The notes under the pieces were generated by a model that saw only the letters and a program-made list of their open reading frames with translations, searched no databases and had not been told where the DNA came from. 64,000 nt of DNA from Podarcis filfolensis (taxonomy: Eukaryota), in the NCBI GenBank assembly GCA_964270895.1, contig OZ185436.1; one strand, 5' to 3'. Positions 1 to 13,456 of the stretch are shown piece after piece (positions within the stretch are counted from its first letter, which is position 1; every line of letters begins with the position of its first letter). Made by a program: the position numbers and the translations under genes.

Positions 1-1369
1 ACAGCCGGCTCCACTCACTTAAATAACATGGTTGTGTTGCACATGAACTCCTCTTCTTCCTGCAGAGAGCTGGGGGTTAAATGTCAAATACCACCAGCTC
101 TGATATATTGTGCTCACTAGACGTCTCCTCTTTGAAGATCCAGATGCAATGGGCTCTCTTGATAAGCTCCCAGCCCAAGAAGTGACAACAAGGCTAAAGC
201 AGGTGCAAGGCAATTAGCAACAATTACAGCTGGCTTAACTTACTCACTTAGATAATTGTGGTTGTGCCGTATTTTAACTCATTCTCTCTTTATTGCACCG
301 TACAGGCATCCACACAGCGACAGAGAGCTGGAAACTAGTTGCCAAATGTGTCTGAACAGCTCTCTGATGTTTTGTCCTCTGGGCCTTCCTTTGCTCTCCG
401 GTTTTAAGCTGTTCTGTAGCAAAAAAAAGTACGCCAAGATTGCATCCAACATTGTGTTATGGAGGACAAACTCACACAAATGATATTTTCTCTCCTTGCC
501 ACTGTAGCCTCCTGTGCCCCACCCCTGTCAGTGCAAAACAGGCTTACGGAACATTTGGGGCTGTAATTGGAGGAGAAATTTGCCCAAAATAAGGAACTTT
601 GCCCAAGCTGTTCAAGAGTCCTCCATCTGGTTTTTTATTATCTCCCCACCCCCACTGCAGGCCTTTAAGACAGACAAGGTTCAGTAGTTGCCCTTGACCC
701 TCTGGGGAAGCTTTTAGGGGAAACATAAAGGGGATGTATTGGCTACAATATTGAAAACATGCACATTGCAGTCCACCTTGCCTGGGAAGATTCAGCTGCT
801 AGCTCCTTTTTTTGCCCTGCTTGGAAAAATTCTGCTGATCAGTGTCACGTGATAGAGGAAAGAATTATAGTTAACTAAGATGAATTCCTTGCAGCATTTG
901 TAAGGTTCAGATCTACTAGACAAGCAAGAGTTGGAATAAGTTTGTCATCTTCAGTAATGGCCACATTCTTTGTCCGTTTATAACAGATGTCTCAATTTGG
1001 CTCTCCTGTGGTTTCCTTGCATCCCTTGTCAGAACAAAGTGATGGTTTTGTATCTAATAGTCTACTTAAACTTGCATTTGTTTTTCCCCACCCTAAGGCT
1101 GAGAAACGGGCATCATTTTTTTTAGAGTATTAAGACCTGGCAGCAGATCTTAATTAAATGCACTACCTCAAGATCAGTTCAGACATTAAAGGGTCTACCT
1201 GAGTGCCTCAGGGAAAAAAAGCCATAATATGTTTGGAGTGGTTCACAAGATGTACTTCCGCACTAGTCTCACACTTACCAGGCCTGCAGCTGTTTCACAT
1301 GAACATCCCCTACCATGCAATAATTTTACAGGCATTTCAGCTGCACCCACTTAGAAGCTTTACCTGGCT

Positions 1370-1558
1370 GGGGTTGTAGCTCAGTGGCAGAGCCCACACT
1401 TTAAATGCAGAAGGTCCCATATTTCAATCCCAAGTGTGTCCAGGTATGACTGGGAAATATTTATGTCTGAAACACTGGACAGCGCCTGCTAGTCAGTGAA
1501 GGATGGCAATCCTGAGATGGATGAACCAGTGGCTTGACTTGGTATAAGGCAGATTCCT
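1370..1558 (+). mobile_element. tRNA-derived squamate SINE (Squam2-like)
   Basis: GGGGTTGTAGCTCAGTGGCAGAG A-box head, degenerate B box, body ending GGTATAAGGCAGATTCC. Homologous to copies at 11705, 45534 and 54458. Confidence 0.8.
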
Positions 1559-4016
1559 CCGAGGGCTACCCCAGAGTAAGAATTTAAAATCTAATAAGCC
1601 CATCGATTTTGGGGTTTTACACTGTATGGCCAATGAAATCAGGGGCATATCTCTGTAGTTCAGAGGTTGAAATTGCTTCCTCCTCTTTGCAAAGTACTCC
1701 TTGGTGAACTGAATGTTTCATCAACTAATTATTGCAGATGTGAATGTTTCCTTTATCTTTTGAAAGAATGAAATGCAAAGAAAAGACGGGGATGCTGTGT
1801 TGTTATGGGACATGGAGTGGCACTGCTACATTTGCTGCAGATTTTAGCTAAACCTAATCTACCAGCAGGCTGCTTTATTGCCCATTCAAGACTTTCAGCA
1901 GCTGTTTTCTCTGACCTGTTAATTGGTTTAGAAATGCTGTGTGTGGCTTCTCCAGCACAATCAGCATGATGAAATGGATGCCTGCACAAACACAAAAAGC
2001 GTCTCTCTTGAGTGAGTGAGTTGATGAAGTGTGACAGGAAATGACATGCTGTAGATAAAATATGCAGTGCCAAAACCCACAGTGTGTAATGCCATGGTGG
2101 CCCCACTTCTCTAGGGGAGGAAAGGTATCTATATTCATAGATTGGAGATATAAAAGTTACAGAGAGGCAGGTGTGATCTCCTGTGTAGATTACTTTCTTT
2201 TTCTTTTGTTTTGTCATGAGAAGAATGAAATTGCAAGTACAAGTTTAGCTTCCTGTTTCTTTTTGTTACTTTTTCTTTTGAAAGTTTTAAATAGAAGAGA
2301 AAGCAGAATTGAAATGGAAAATTAAACTTTCCAACATTTAGAGTTTGTTATTCCTGAACATTGTTCAAAATTTTATTTAAATAACTGACTTCCACATAGG
2401 AGATGTACCTCTGAGGCTTGGCAGGTGTAGGATCATGGAACTCCCATGCCAGAGTTTTCTGAAGGTGAGAGGCCAACCCTCTTATAAAAACCAAATTTTT
2501 CTATCATCGGGGACTTTAATTAGCCCAAATAATCTGAATTATTTCGGTTAATTAAAGGCAGTGATTGTAGAACAACATTCTGGCAGCAAAATCAGTACTA
2601 GAAAGGAGTTCATAATTTATATACTGAAGATTTCTAAATTGCTTCACTCTAAAGACTTTGGATGAGCACCAATTCATTGAAAACATTAAACAATAGTTAG
2701 TTAAAATGAGTGAAACAGAATGCAACAAATGTTAAAATGGATCTTCATTTATTGCATCATGTGAAATCAATTTTAAAAAGAGAAAACAGTGCTTTGAAAA
2801 GATGATTCTACAAGACAATGAGTTTCAGGGTTAAGGGGTTAGTCTTAGGAATCATAGCAGGAAAATCTGGAGAAAGTGCTCTTTTATGAAAACTGGGTCC
2901 AAACGGTTAGCATTTAGTAATGTAGATTGTAATCCTTCATTGGGTAAGTGCTTACCCCATCATACTTCTTGCTGTCAGGACAATGCACATTGCTTTGCCT
3001 CTCTTTCTTTGTTAAGACAATAGATGGTCCTGATAGCTGCTAAGGAAACCTGTTTTGGTTCCCCAGGGGTTCTATTTCATGGAGTTCCATGCACACATGT
3101 CAGCTAAAAGTAATGTGGGAAGTAACTGTCAACTTGTCTTACGCCACTTCTTGCAAGATCCTTTGCTTTCAAATAAGGTCCCTGGCTGCAAAATACATGT
3201 AGGCAAAATAAATACACAAGGCTCCCTCTCTTTATAACAACAGACAAGAGCTATCTATTCCCTGCAACATATACAGATATTATGAGATGCTAAAGTTGGG
3301 CTCCCACTTCCACGCCTTTTAAAAGGGAAATCTGCTTTTGAAAGAGACACATTCCCATCATAATTGTATTTGTGTTTTTTGCACTGAAGAGGTCCTCACT
3401 AGTGCCACATTTGGGAGTCTTAGTTTTTGTTATACAATTCTTTCTGTCTGGGGTTTGGATCTTACCATGTTCATGATTCCCTTCTAGCCCTCCAGTTTTA
3501 CAGTTATGTCATAATTTGATTATGTTTTTTTCTGAGGATTAAGTCTAGTACACAATATAGTTTCTAGGATTCTGATTTGCAAAGTCTGGACTGGATCCAA
3601 ATTTGTAATTGCACTTTGTTGCCATTGGTTTAACCTTGACTTAACTAAATGCAATTAACGTAGTTTGGGTCCAACCCTACAGGTAGAATCCAGTTAGTGC
3701 CCTTGTTACCATGGAAGTGCTTTTGGTCCAGTGAACAGCTCTGCTAAAAGATGAAGAGATGAATCTTTAGCTGATATTCCTCTTTCCGCCTGCAGCCCAC
3801 TCTTTGCCAACCTTCCACCCTGTTCTGGAGGAACTCCTAAGTTTCCCAAGATGAGTTTCAGGAGGCTGCTGGGGGTCGTGAAATCAGCAAAATTCCCTCC
3901 CCTTTTTCTGTCAGCACAGACACCGTTTGGATTCTATCCTGTATGTTCACATGCTTTTTTCATGTTTATGATGTAGTCTTGTTCAGATCCTATATCCTGC
4001 CTAACTGAACACTGAT

Positions 4017-4446
4017 TACCGTATTTTTCGCTCTATAAGATGCACTTTTCCCCCTCCAAAAATTAAGGGGAAATGTGTGTGCGTCTTATGGAGCGAATGC
4101 AGGCTCCATGGCTTCAGCGAAAGCAACGCGAAGCCTCCGAAGTGCAGCGGGAGCGCTCCCCCTGTGCTCCGGAGGCTTCGCGTTGCTTTCGCTGAACCAT
4201 GGAGAGCGAGAGGGGTCGGTGCGCACCTGGCTTCGCTTCGCTGGAGAGGCGCTGCACAGCTTTCCCTCTCTGCGCAGCACCCCTTCAGCAAAGTGGGAGG
4301 AGAAATGGAAGGGGCTCCATTTCTCCTGCAGCTTCGCTGAAGGGGCGCTGCGCAGAGAGGGAGAGAATTTTTTTTTCTTGTTCTCCCCCTCTAAAACTAG
4401 GTGCGTTCTATGGTCGGGTGCGTCCTATAGAGCAAAAAATACGGTA
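4017..4446. mobile_element. Tc1/mariner-type MITE, CpG-rich (young)
   Basis: TA-CCGTATTTTTCGCTCTATAAGATGCAC ... GTGCGTCCTATAGAGCAAAAAATACGG-TA: ~27-bp TIRs with TA at both ends. Confidence 0.9.
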
Positions 4447-4787
4447 ATATTTATGCTGTAAGCAGGCACTTCTAAATTATAAAGCAGGATGGAGGATTCA
4501 TATTTTAGATGCTGAGGACAGATGGGATGTTGTCTTTATGGCTTGTCATCAGGATAGGCTCCCTGTCATAGCACTTGGAAACAAAGGACGATTGACATGG
4601 ATGTGTGGCAAACTGGGAATAAGATAAAACATTGCTGCTTGGCAATTGATTGCAGGTCTAATGCAAAATATTTCTATCCATTCAGTGAGCTAGAACTTCT
4701 CAATTACATCAATAATTGACACTGAGTGTCTGCACAGTTTACACAAATTCTTGATTTAGTGATATTGTTTAAATGTTTGAAATCCTA

Positions 4788-5296
4788 CGGGGGGCCACTA
4801 GGTGGCGCATCGGAAGATGGCTGACAATAACATCTCTCCGACCCACACGAGGTAATTTGGAGGCTATGATGGGGGTAATTAGCCTCCTTAACCCCCCCAG
4901 GATTGTGGGGGGGGGACGGCCCTTGCCTGCTGTGCCCTATACCACCCCCGAATTTGTGGGGGTGGGGGCACTAGGCACAAAGCCCTCCTGTGGGATTCCG
5001 GCACTCCTGGATGCCTTAAGGAAACTAACAGAAGAGATCGTAAAGGAAAAATAGAAATTATATGAACAAGATATGATGTGGAAACACCAAGATAAGACTG
5101 GATAGAATTATGAACTTTGTCTGGACTGATTGGGACATTAACGCAGTAATAAGAAGATGATTTGAATCCCCCTTTGGCTCTTGAAGTATGGGTTCCCCCA
5201 ACAAAATTTAAAAATTTGGCTTTGTAATTTGGAATTATGTGATGTGATTTAATTTGATGTGATTGGCCAGTTAATAAAAATTATTTTTTAAAAAAA
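4788..5296 (+). mobile_element. Short L1-type (TPRT) retroposon, 509 bp
   Basis: 18-bp TSD TAAATGTTTGAAATCCTA at 4770-4787 and 5297-5314. G-rich start with GGAAGATGGC; AATAAA plus A-rich tail. Confidence 0.8.
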
Positions 5297-8200
5297 TAAA
5301 TGTTTGAAATCCTAAATTAAAATAAATGTTGCATACTTTTCATTATTTTCTTTTTTTGTGCTTGACAGAAGGTAGAACCTCGGTCCTTCTCGAGGGGAAA
5401 TGGTGATGCAGTTGATGAAAAACAGATTTTATGCATTGTTCAGAAGAGAACAGTGTTAGTCTATTAAAGCAGAGTTGCCAGTAATTTCTGTTGTGAACAA
5501 CCACTTTTCTTAACATAGATTAGAATTTTGTCAGACTAATTTTTTATATTTTGTTGCCATTCCACCCAGTTTTTGTCTCCGGGGCCATGTCTATGTCCAT
5601 GCATGCACAGGTTGAAATGAATTCTAGTTTTTCGAAAGGAAAGCATTTGCTACCACAAACCTTTTATTAATATTTAATCTGCAACAGGACTTTATTTTTT
5701 AACCCACCATATTTCTTGTAAACTTTGGTCCCCCAAGAGCCACATATAGGTAGTTGAGGGCCACATACCAGTGGGCTAGAGCCAGCTCCTAGAGGGAAGG
5801 AAACACAGCTGCTTTGCAGTGCAAGGACCGTGCTTTGGGCTGCCTTGGGATTGCTGGGGTAGGTTAAAGCCTTCACTCTCCAGTAATCTCAGTGTAATAT
5901 AACAGTGGTGGACACCTATCCCCATCTCTGCTCATCTACATCCCCTTGCTTTTCTGCCCTGTCACTGCTCCACATTCTCCCCCTCGATCAGGGTGACGGA
6001 GATGGAGAAGACACAGGCAAATTCCAGAGCTCTGCTGCATATTCCTGGCTGGGAAACAAAGCTGAGAGCTCTGGCTCAATCAGGCTCCTGCTGGTTCTCA
6101 CAGCCCTTAAGACAGAAGAATTGCGCACAAAGTCCGACAGGGTAGATCCCAACATTTTCTGTCTCTCTCGTGCACACAATATGCTTTATTAGCTGTGTGC
6201 AAAGCTTGGACAGTTTGGCATTTGCTTTAGGGTCCCCGTTACTCTGTTTAAGAAGGGGCAAATGGCATGCCTGCTCCGCACCAAATATTTGCTACTTTTT
6301 TTTTACCTTTGGAGAATACCTGGAAGGTAGCTTGAAATTAGACCGATGAAGTATTTTCTTAGTCTGTAATCCAAAGAAGTTAACTGCAGATGCGACCACT
6401 CTTCCATTTAAACAGCAGCTTGTCTCTTGTCCAGGGAGACAGGGGCAGCAGGAAGAGTAAGTGCTGCCTCCACCTGTATGCATAATTCTTTCCTATGTAT
6501 TCATTTCACTGACTTGAATGGCAGTTTTTTGTTTTTCCAAAGGCTGAAAAAATCGTGAGCTGCTTTTCATGCCTCCGCTTGTGACAGAGGCACCTCTTGT
6601 CATCTCTCCACAGCCTTGGAAAATCTCAGTGTCAAGCGATTTCCCCCTTCATATGTTTATGTTGTTATAATAAAAAGCTTTTGGCATATCGAAACCTGCA
6701 TAGGGCAATTAGAGTGGCAATGTAACACAAAAAGTCAAATTATTCTGGAAAAATAACAGGATATTATGTTAGTTATCTTTCTCATATTTTTGTCGCATTT
6801 TTAATCAAAATAAAATTGCCACAGAAATCCCTGACAGCTGTACTGGAACACAAGAGAAACAAAAGAATTGGTTATGCATATTATAATAAGGATTTGCAAA
6901 AATGGCTTCATAGTCTTGATTAAAACTCTGCAGCTTTTGGGGGGTGTTTTTTTCTTCTATTCTAAATCATAGCCAGTTAAATGCAAAAAAACTGGACTTC
7001 TACTTTTAAGTTCCTGTTGTTTTATGATTGTTTTAGATTTGGCATTCAAGTGCACAAATATAAATTTACTTAATCCTTTGTAGTGGTGTTTTGTTTTGTT
7101 GTGTTGTGTAAATAGTCACACTTGCATTTATTCCAGATTGTTTGAAGTGCTGTCTACAACTAATCAATAGGAAGAAATGAATTAATTGGTATTGTCATTA
7201 TCTTTACTCAGATTTCAGATGGATGCAGTATTGAAAGAAATAAGAAGTGTTCTGTCTTAATTTTGTAAATGGAATTGAGACTGTTCCCAATTTGGAGTTC
7301 CCCAAGGCTTTTTTTGTAGACATAACGTCTTGAGTCTCACACTAAAGCGATAATAAAAATCAGATTCTCACCACCGAAGCAGCTGACTGACATCACCACC
7401 AGCAATTTCATGCTTGTCCTACGGTGCCCATCAACAAGGCATTTTGACAACTCTGAGCTTGGTGTCAGCTTTGGAATGACAGATACAGCTGAATACCATC
7501 AGCAAAGGAGCTGTAATTGAGAGTGTCCTTTCTGATAACCATAATCAGAAGGAAAGCTTTCTTGCCAAGGACCAGGCAGAAATACGGAGGGACATATTAT
7601 AGAAAAAATCAAGAAGAATTTGCTAGGTCAAGTAGACTTTGCTGTAGGTACTTCTTTCCCACCCCCCCACCCCCTAGTCTGCAGCTAGTAGGTGGCAAAA
7701 AGAAGCTAGTGCAGCCTTATCCACTAAAGTTTTAATTGCTCTTTTATTACAGTGAAATGTTGTTGAAGGATTAAAAGCCAATCTATACATCTGCAGAGAT
7801 GCCATTAGTTTTGCACTCATCCTCAGCTAAAGCAGATATTTTGCCTTGAAAACGTGGAACAGAAACATCTAACAGTGGAAAATAACTGACACAGACAACA
7901 AGCAGAGGATATAATGGAATAAAAAAGGCTTTATGAAAGGAACGAACACTGGCACTAAACACTTTTAATGGGAAGTAAGGAGATCAGTTTGTAGACAAAA
8001 AGAAAGGTAATAAAATTAAACATGTGGTTGTATCTGACTAACTCATAGTCAGTAGAGCCACTGAAATAAACAGAACTGTTAGCCATTACTAGCTTGTGTA
8101 TTAATTTCAACAGAACTACTCAGAGTATGACTTGGATACAACCCATAATCTTGACTACATAGTGAGGTCTTTCTACTGTCAAAAAGCTATATTTAACACC

Positions 8201-8783
8201 AATAGAGGAAATTCATTTAGGTGTCAGTTGTTTGTGATTTAAAATAACATTTTAAAGCTAATCAACTTTAAGCACTCTCTCAGTACCTAGGAGCGATATG
8301 GTTCAGTCTACTTAATCTTAACAAAACCAATATGATCTTGTGCATTGGTGCCCTTGGTAAATCTTCGTGTGAGGAGGGTAAAGTTGTAAACCTGTCAGCT
8401 ACTAGCTTGAAAGAGTGGCACAGCAAAAATGCAGGGCAGATTGGAGGAACAAGATGTGCTGCTTTGGGCCCCCAAAGCTATGTGGTCTGAAAATTAGAAT
8501 GGTTTCACTATGAAATGCATCAGATTTCTTCCTTTAAGAGTTGGAATATGCAGTTTATGTGAGAGATTGGGTGTGGAGACAGAGGAGAAAAGGAATTACT
8601 CATGTGAAATGATGTGTTTCTCTCCTCTCGGTTGCTGTCATATGAATCTACTACTATGACATTGCTACCCTGTGCTAGGCCTTTCAATTTAAGGTCTCTC
8701 TAAGTTCCTTTTGAAAGTTTTGATGGTAGCCTATTTTTCCAGGTATAATGCTTACAGAGGGGAAACAACTATATTTTCAGAGC

Positions 8784-8950
8784 AGCAGTGGACCACTTGT
8801 GACCCACAATATGTTTTTAACTGTAGTCTTGACAAACCTATGCCCTTCTCATTTTCTGACCAGCCTCAGGCAGCATGGCCCAGTGGTCAGGGGTGATGGG
8901 AGTTGTAGTTCAGCAACAACTGGAAGGCCTCAGCTTTCCCGTTCCTTCAG
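8784..8950. mobile_element. Degenerate palindromic hAT-type MITE remnant
   Basis: CCAGTGGTCAGGGGTGATGGGAGTTGTAGT resembles the right arm of the MITEs at 23667 and 43044. Confidence 0.35.
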
Positions 8951-9770
8951 TAGAGAGTATTAGATTTTGTTTTCCACATATAGTTAAGGCAACAGCAACG
9001 TTGGTTCTCTGCACACCATTCTTCTACGAATTAGAAGTTAATCTTGAGAATGTGCATTCATTCCTTTTCCTCTCATGTGAATTTTTCACTTCCTGCTGTT
9101 GTTAAGCTTAAATGTGGGCTAGCATTACAAGTACATTAATATGAACCATGGTTCCCATCTTACCCAGATGCAAGCTCATTTCAAACCTTGGTTTCAAATT
9201 CTGATTGAGAAGGGAACACTGTTTAGCATTTATCATGGTTAGCAATGGTGACAATTTTATACTAAACTATGGTTAAGATTGACAGGAGGAGGAAGAGTCC
9301 ATTCACAAATTTCAAAGGAAACAGCATGCATTCCTGAAGCTGACTCCCAACTTGTGAACAGTGGTTTACAGGGATCCAGAGTTGAAATTGTACTCTCCAC
9401 TAGCATTGTAGAGTAATCTGCCCATTTCAGGTTCCATGCAAGCAATTTGCTGCTTTTTGATTATATACTGCCAGCAGGATATTCTGTCTAGCGCCGATAA
9501 TGGTGTTGTGGTTGACAGTGGAAGATAGCTTCTTTGCTAGAATCTGTTTCAAAGCATGTGTCAGTTTTCTGTCAATTGAAGGATCTGTTCTGATGTACCT
9601 TTTTCCAGAAGCAATTTAGTTGGCAACTCCTGTAGAAACTACTGCTTTTCTGTTTAGGGAAGGTATGCACTCTGTTTCCACTGTAATTGCTCCCAAACTG
9701 TATTGAGCAATTCTTCCTTGTGTTGCTGGGAAAAGGGCTTCCTTTTTATCTCATAATTACTCTGGAATAC

Positions 9771-9797
9771 AATCAATCAATCAATCAATCAATCAAT
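9771..9797. repeat. (AATC)n microsatellite
   Basis: Directly visible. Confidence 0.95.
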
Positions 9798-10320
9798 ATG
9801 ACTTTTAGAAACAATCTTGTGCTCTGGGTTTCAAGTCTTAGCAAGACATGGTCTTTCTGAAATTGTGTAGTCTTGAAGAGTGAAACGACTCTTTACAGTT
9901 GAGAAGCAAAAAGGCTGTGCACAATTTGGCAGTTCCTAACACTGCACCATGAAAAAAAATCTAAATAATTTTTACTAAGGGAACTAGAAATTAAATTTCA
10001 TTGATGGACATTTCAATCCCCAAATGCACTGAGACCTACCAGTCTGTGCTTTTGTTTCTTGGAGTTTTTCTTTGATCTCTTGTTTCTGTGATAGTCCTTA
10101 GAATCTTCCCACATGTATGCAGAATGTTCCATTTTGTTTAAATGACCTATGGGACGTCTGAAACACATAGATAATCAGTTTTATGTAAATGAGACCACTG
10201 GGTACATAAGACACAGATATCATGCTGCATGTGGGGTGAGATGCATAGTGAATTCAAGTAAGTGCTTTACCATGCTTGTAGTTTAGTGCCAAAGTGAGAC
10301 AGGCAGTCCACCATTTCTTC

Positions 10321-10545
10321 AGCCTATGTGGTTATTCTGACTAGCACCTGGGAGACAAGGCTCAAATCCTCACTCAGTCTTGAAGTTCACTGAGTGACCT
10401 TGAGCCAGTCACTGCCTCATAGCCTAACCTACCTCACAGGGATGTTGTGGGGATTAAATGAGGAGCAGGGAGAGCCATGTATGCCACCTTGAGCTCCTTG
10501 GAGAATAAGGTATAAACAAAGTAAACAAATAAAATTAAAAATAAA
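10321..10545 (+). mobile_element. MIR/Ther1-derived squamate SINE (Squam3-like)
   Basis: CORE-like GTGACCTTGAGCCAGTCAC...CCTAACCTACCTCACAGG, 3' CATGTATGCCACCTTGAGCTCCTTGGAG and an A-rich tail. Homologous to 51153. Confidence 0.8.
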
Positions 10546-11704
10546 TGTGCCCTCAAGTTGTTGTGAGCATAAAATAACTTCCGCGTCTCATGTTTTGAGT
10601 TCATTTAAAAAGGGGTGTGATACATATGTGAAAAATAATGGGAAATTCGAAGTGTGGAATCCTAAACCCGGTCACTGCCCAGCAGGGTTTAACAACATCA
10701 GGGCTACATCTCTGCCATGTATGCCAGCTGGGAAAGAAGGGAGGTCAGACAGACTACTGTATCTACCTGTAGCTGGCACAGCTATCAGGCCCAATGCCAT
10801 CATGGGATCCAGTGGATCCCAGAGCAGCTCAGGTCTTCATTGCCCTTGAATGCTTAATTTTGGGTCTTTCTGTTGTCAGTGGGCTGGGCAGAGGGACACC
10901 TCCATTCAGTCCAGCACAGCTTGGAGGGGGGTTGAATTACACCCTTAGTTTGTAGAAATCTTGTAAGCATTTTGTATTGCATACTCTTTCTTGTATGCAC
11001 TGAGACAAATATAATCCCCACTGCCATTTCTTCAAGATGTATTGCCTGTTCTTCATAGCTGATTTGAAGGAGGGAGGGAAGTACAGTGAGTAGGAGAAGA
11101 ATAAGATCATAGGCAGTAGTTGCAAGAAATAGGTCTGATTGGGTGTTAAGACACAAAGCAACCAAAATGGCTTATGGCACAAGAGAGCATTCATTTGGAA
11201 GGAAATGCAATTTTTACCTGCAGTTTCATGAGATGAAAACAGGACAGATAGATATTTTTTTGAACACACACACACATACAAAATTTTATTTTATTTTTTG
11301 CTTATAAGGAATCTTGCATCCCGATTTACTGTTTGCACAATGTTTGTACTGTCATTAAAATGGCATAACAGCTGTGAACGCTGTCTTAGAGAACTCATTT
11401 TGACAGAATAACATCTGGGGGGAAATAACCATGAATCAAAAGAACCAAGCTGTGCTCTTCACATTGCTTTTTTTCTTTGGTGTTGTAATCACAGGGGGCA
11501 TGTAAACAGTCAAAACATAAGGTTTGGTTTGCCTTCTAGAAGGGGGCAGTGGTAACATCCAGACAATCTTTAAATGATGTACCTGTGCTAGTTAATGAAA
11601 CTGATAAGTGAGGCATGTGATCAAATCTTTTTAGAGACTAAATATAGAGTTGAATCTGTGGCTTAAAGAGCGAATATTTTTGATGAAATCTGAGAAGCCT
11701 GTTT

Positions 11705-11901
11705 TAGGAAGGGGCATAGCTTATGGTAGAACATCTGTTTTGTATGGAGAAGGTCCCAACTTCAGTCCCAGGCATCTGCTGGTAGACCTGGGGAAAACTT
11801 CTGACTGAAACTTTGAAGAGCTCCTGCCAGTCAGTGTAGATAATACTGGGCTCTTTGGACCAATGGTTTGCCTCAATATAAGACAACTTCCGATGTTTCT
11901 A
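11705..11901 (+). mobile_element. Squam2-like SINE
   Basis: GGGGCATAGCT..GGTAGAACATCTG..AGAAGGTCCCA..CTGCCAGTCAGTGTAGA..GGACCAATGG..ATAAGACAACTTCC. Confidence 0.8.
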
Positions 11902-12033
11902 AGGACAAAATTCTGAAGCTGGAATTTAGTTTTTTCCCCTGGATGGAGGCAATGCCTCATCTCTTGTGGGGCCAGTAGCATTAGTGGTCCTATAGTGATA
12001 TTCTACCCAATAAATATATACATATTGAGAACA

Positions 12034-12414
12034 TACTGTATTGGCCCGAATATAAGCCGCACCCGAATATAAGCCACACCTTTAAAATTGATGGGGGGGG
12101 GGGAGAAAAAATACTCAAATATAAGCCACTCCCTTCCTCGCTGCTCCTGGCTGCATACTGGGCGAGGGGGGGGGGAGCTGCATTGCCGGCAGCCTTTCCC
12201 CTTCTTTTTTTTTTCTCTCTCTCTCCCTTCCCAGCTTTGGGGGACAGAATTGGGAACAACGTGCAGGGCAAGTGCCCCTTTGCCGCATTCGTGGCGCTGT
12301 TTGCCCCACGCTCCTAGCTGAGTACTGTAAGGTTGCGAATATAAACCGCACTTTAACTTTTCACGGTCGGAATTTGAGGGGGGAAGTGCTGCTTATATTC
12401 GGGCCAATACTGTA
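12034..12414. mobile_element. Tc1/mariner-type MITE (TATTGGCCCGAATATAAGC termini)
   Basis: TACTGTATTGGCCCGAATATAAGCCGCAC ... GTGCTGCTTATATTCGGGCCAATACTGTA; TA ends. Confidence 0.88.
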
Positions 12415-12786
12415 CTTGAACCCAGTTTGATCTAGTATCTCCACCACTAGGCAGGACATGTCAAGGCACACCGATTTCACCCACATTTGGTTTTTTGATA
12501 CTGGACTCTTTGTCAGAACTAGTCCTAGCCCAGGATGATGCCAGGTCAAACTCTAAATGTCCAGCCAGTAATACTGTTCCCTGCCACTATGGAGAACTTT
12601 TACCTCACACTTTGCTTCCCTTATGTGTCTTTGTGAACCCGTTTTCATTGCTGTGAGCCCCTTTAGGAGAAAATAATTGTCTAAAAAAGTGGGATACAGA
12701 TATAGGGCTATATTCAGCTTACTCTTGGTAGACCCACTGCTATTAGTGGCCATGACTACTACTCTGGAGTAAAAGGTTAGTTGAAT

Positions 12787-13073
12787 CAGGTATGGCCTGT
12801 CCATGAGGCAAGATTAGGTGACCACCTCAAGCAGCGAAAAACCCACCTGGTAGCATTCCCGTGGGCGCTCTGCTGTCTCCAGAGAAGTGGCACCAACAGC
12901 AGCACCAGTTTCTGGTGAGATTTCATGAGATTTGGGAAAGTTTTTGCCGGAAGCTGGCACTGCTGCCAGTGCTTCGTTGGCACTGCCACACAACACAGAT
13001 AAGACAGGCTTGTTGGGGGGTGGGGGCATGTTTCATTTCACCTCAAATGATGAAACTAGATGCTCTGCCCCTG
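12787..13073. mobile_element. Old hAT-type MITE
   Basis: CAGG...CCCTG ends with a near-identical 8-bp flank (AGTTGAAT / AGCTGAAT). Confidence 0.55.
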
Positions 13074-13301
13074 AGCTGAATACAACCTCATAGCATGCAA
13101 CACAACCAAACAAAGAAGAACTGGCAATATTTGCAAGCTTTTCCTTAAAGTTCTCCCTAATCACTTTCCTGCTTTTTCTCTGCTTCTCTCTAAAGGAAAT
13201 ATTATTACAGTGTTGTCAAAACAAAACAAATTGCTGGTTACACCTCTCATTATGGGCAACATGAATGGAGATTTGGCTTGTCTGTACATCAGAATGCTAT
13301 C

Positions 13302-13346
<45 letters not shown>
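13302..13346. repeat. (TAA)15 microsatellite, tail of the adjacent LINE end
   Basis: Directly visible. Confidence 0.97.
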
Positions 13347-13347
<1 letters not shown>

Positions 13348-13456
13348 TTATTTATACCCCACCCATCTGGCTGAGTCTCCCCAGCCACTCTGGGCGGCTT
13401 CCAATCAAGTGTTAAAAACAATACAGCATCAAATATTAAAAACTTCCCTAAACAGG
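13347..13456 (-). mobile_element. CR1/L2-group LINE 3' end, heavily 5'-truncated
   Basis: 13351-13403 is the reverse complement of 37013-37065 (4 mismatches in 53 nt). Confidence 0.85.

Noticed and set aside
4016-4461. Five overlapping ORFs on both strands
   Set aside because: By-product of a GC-rich palindromic MITE; no recognisable protein.
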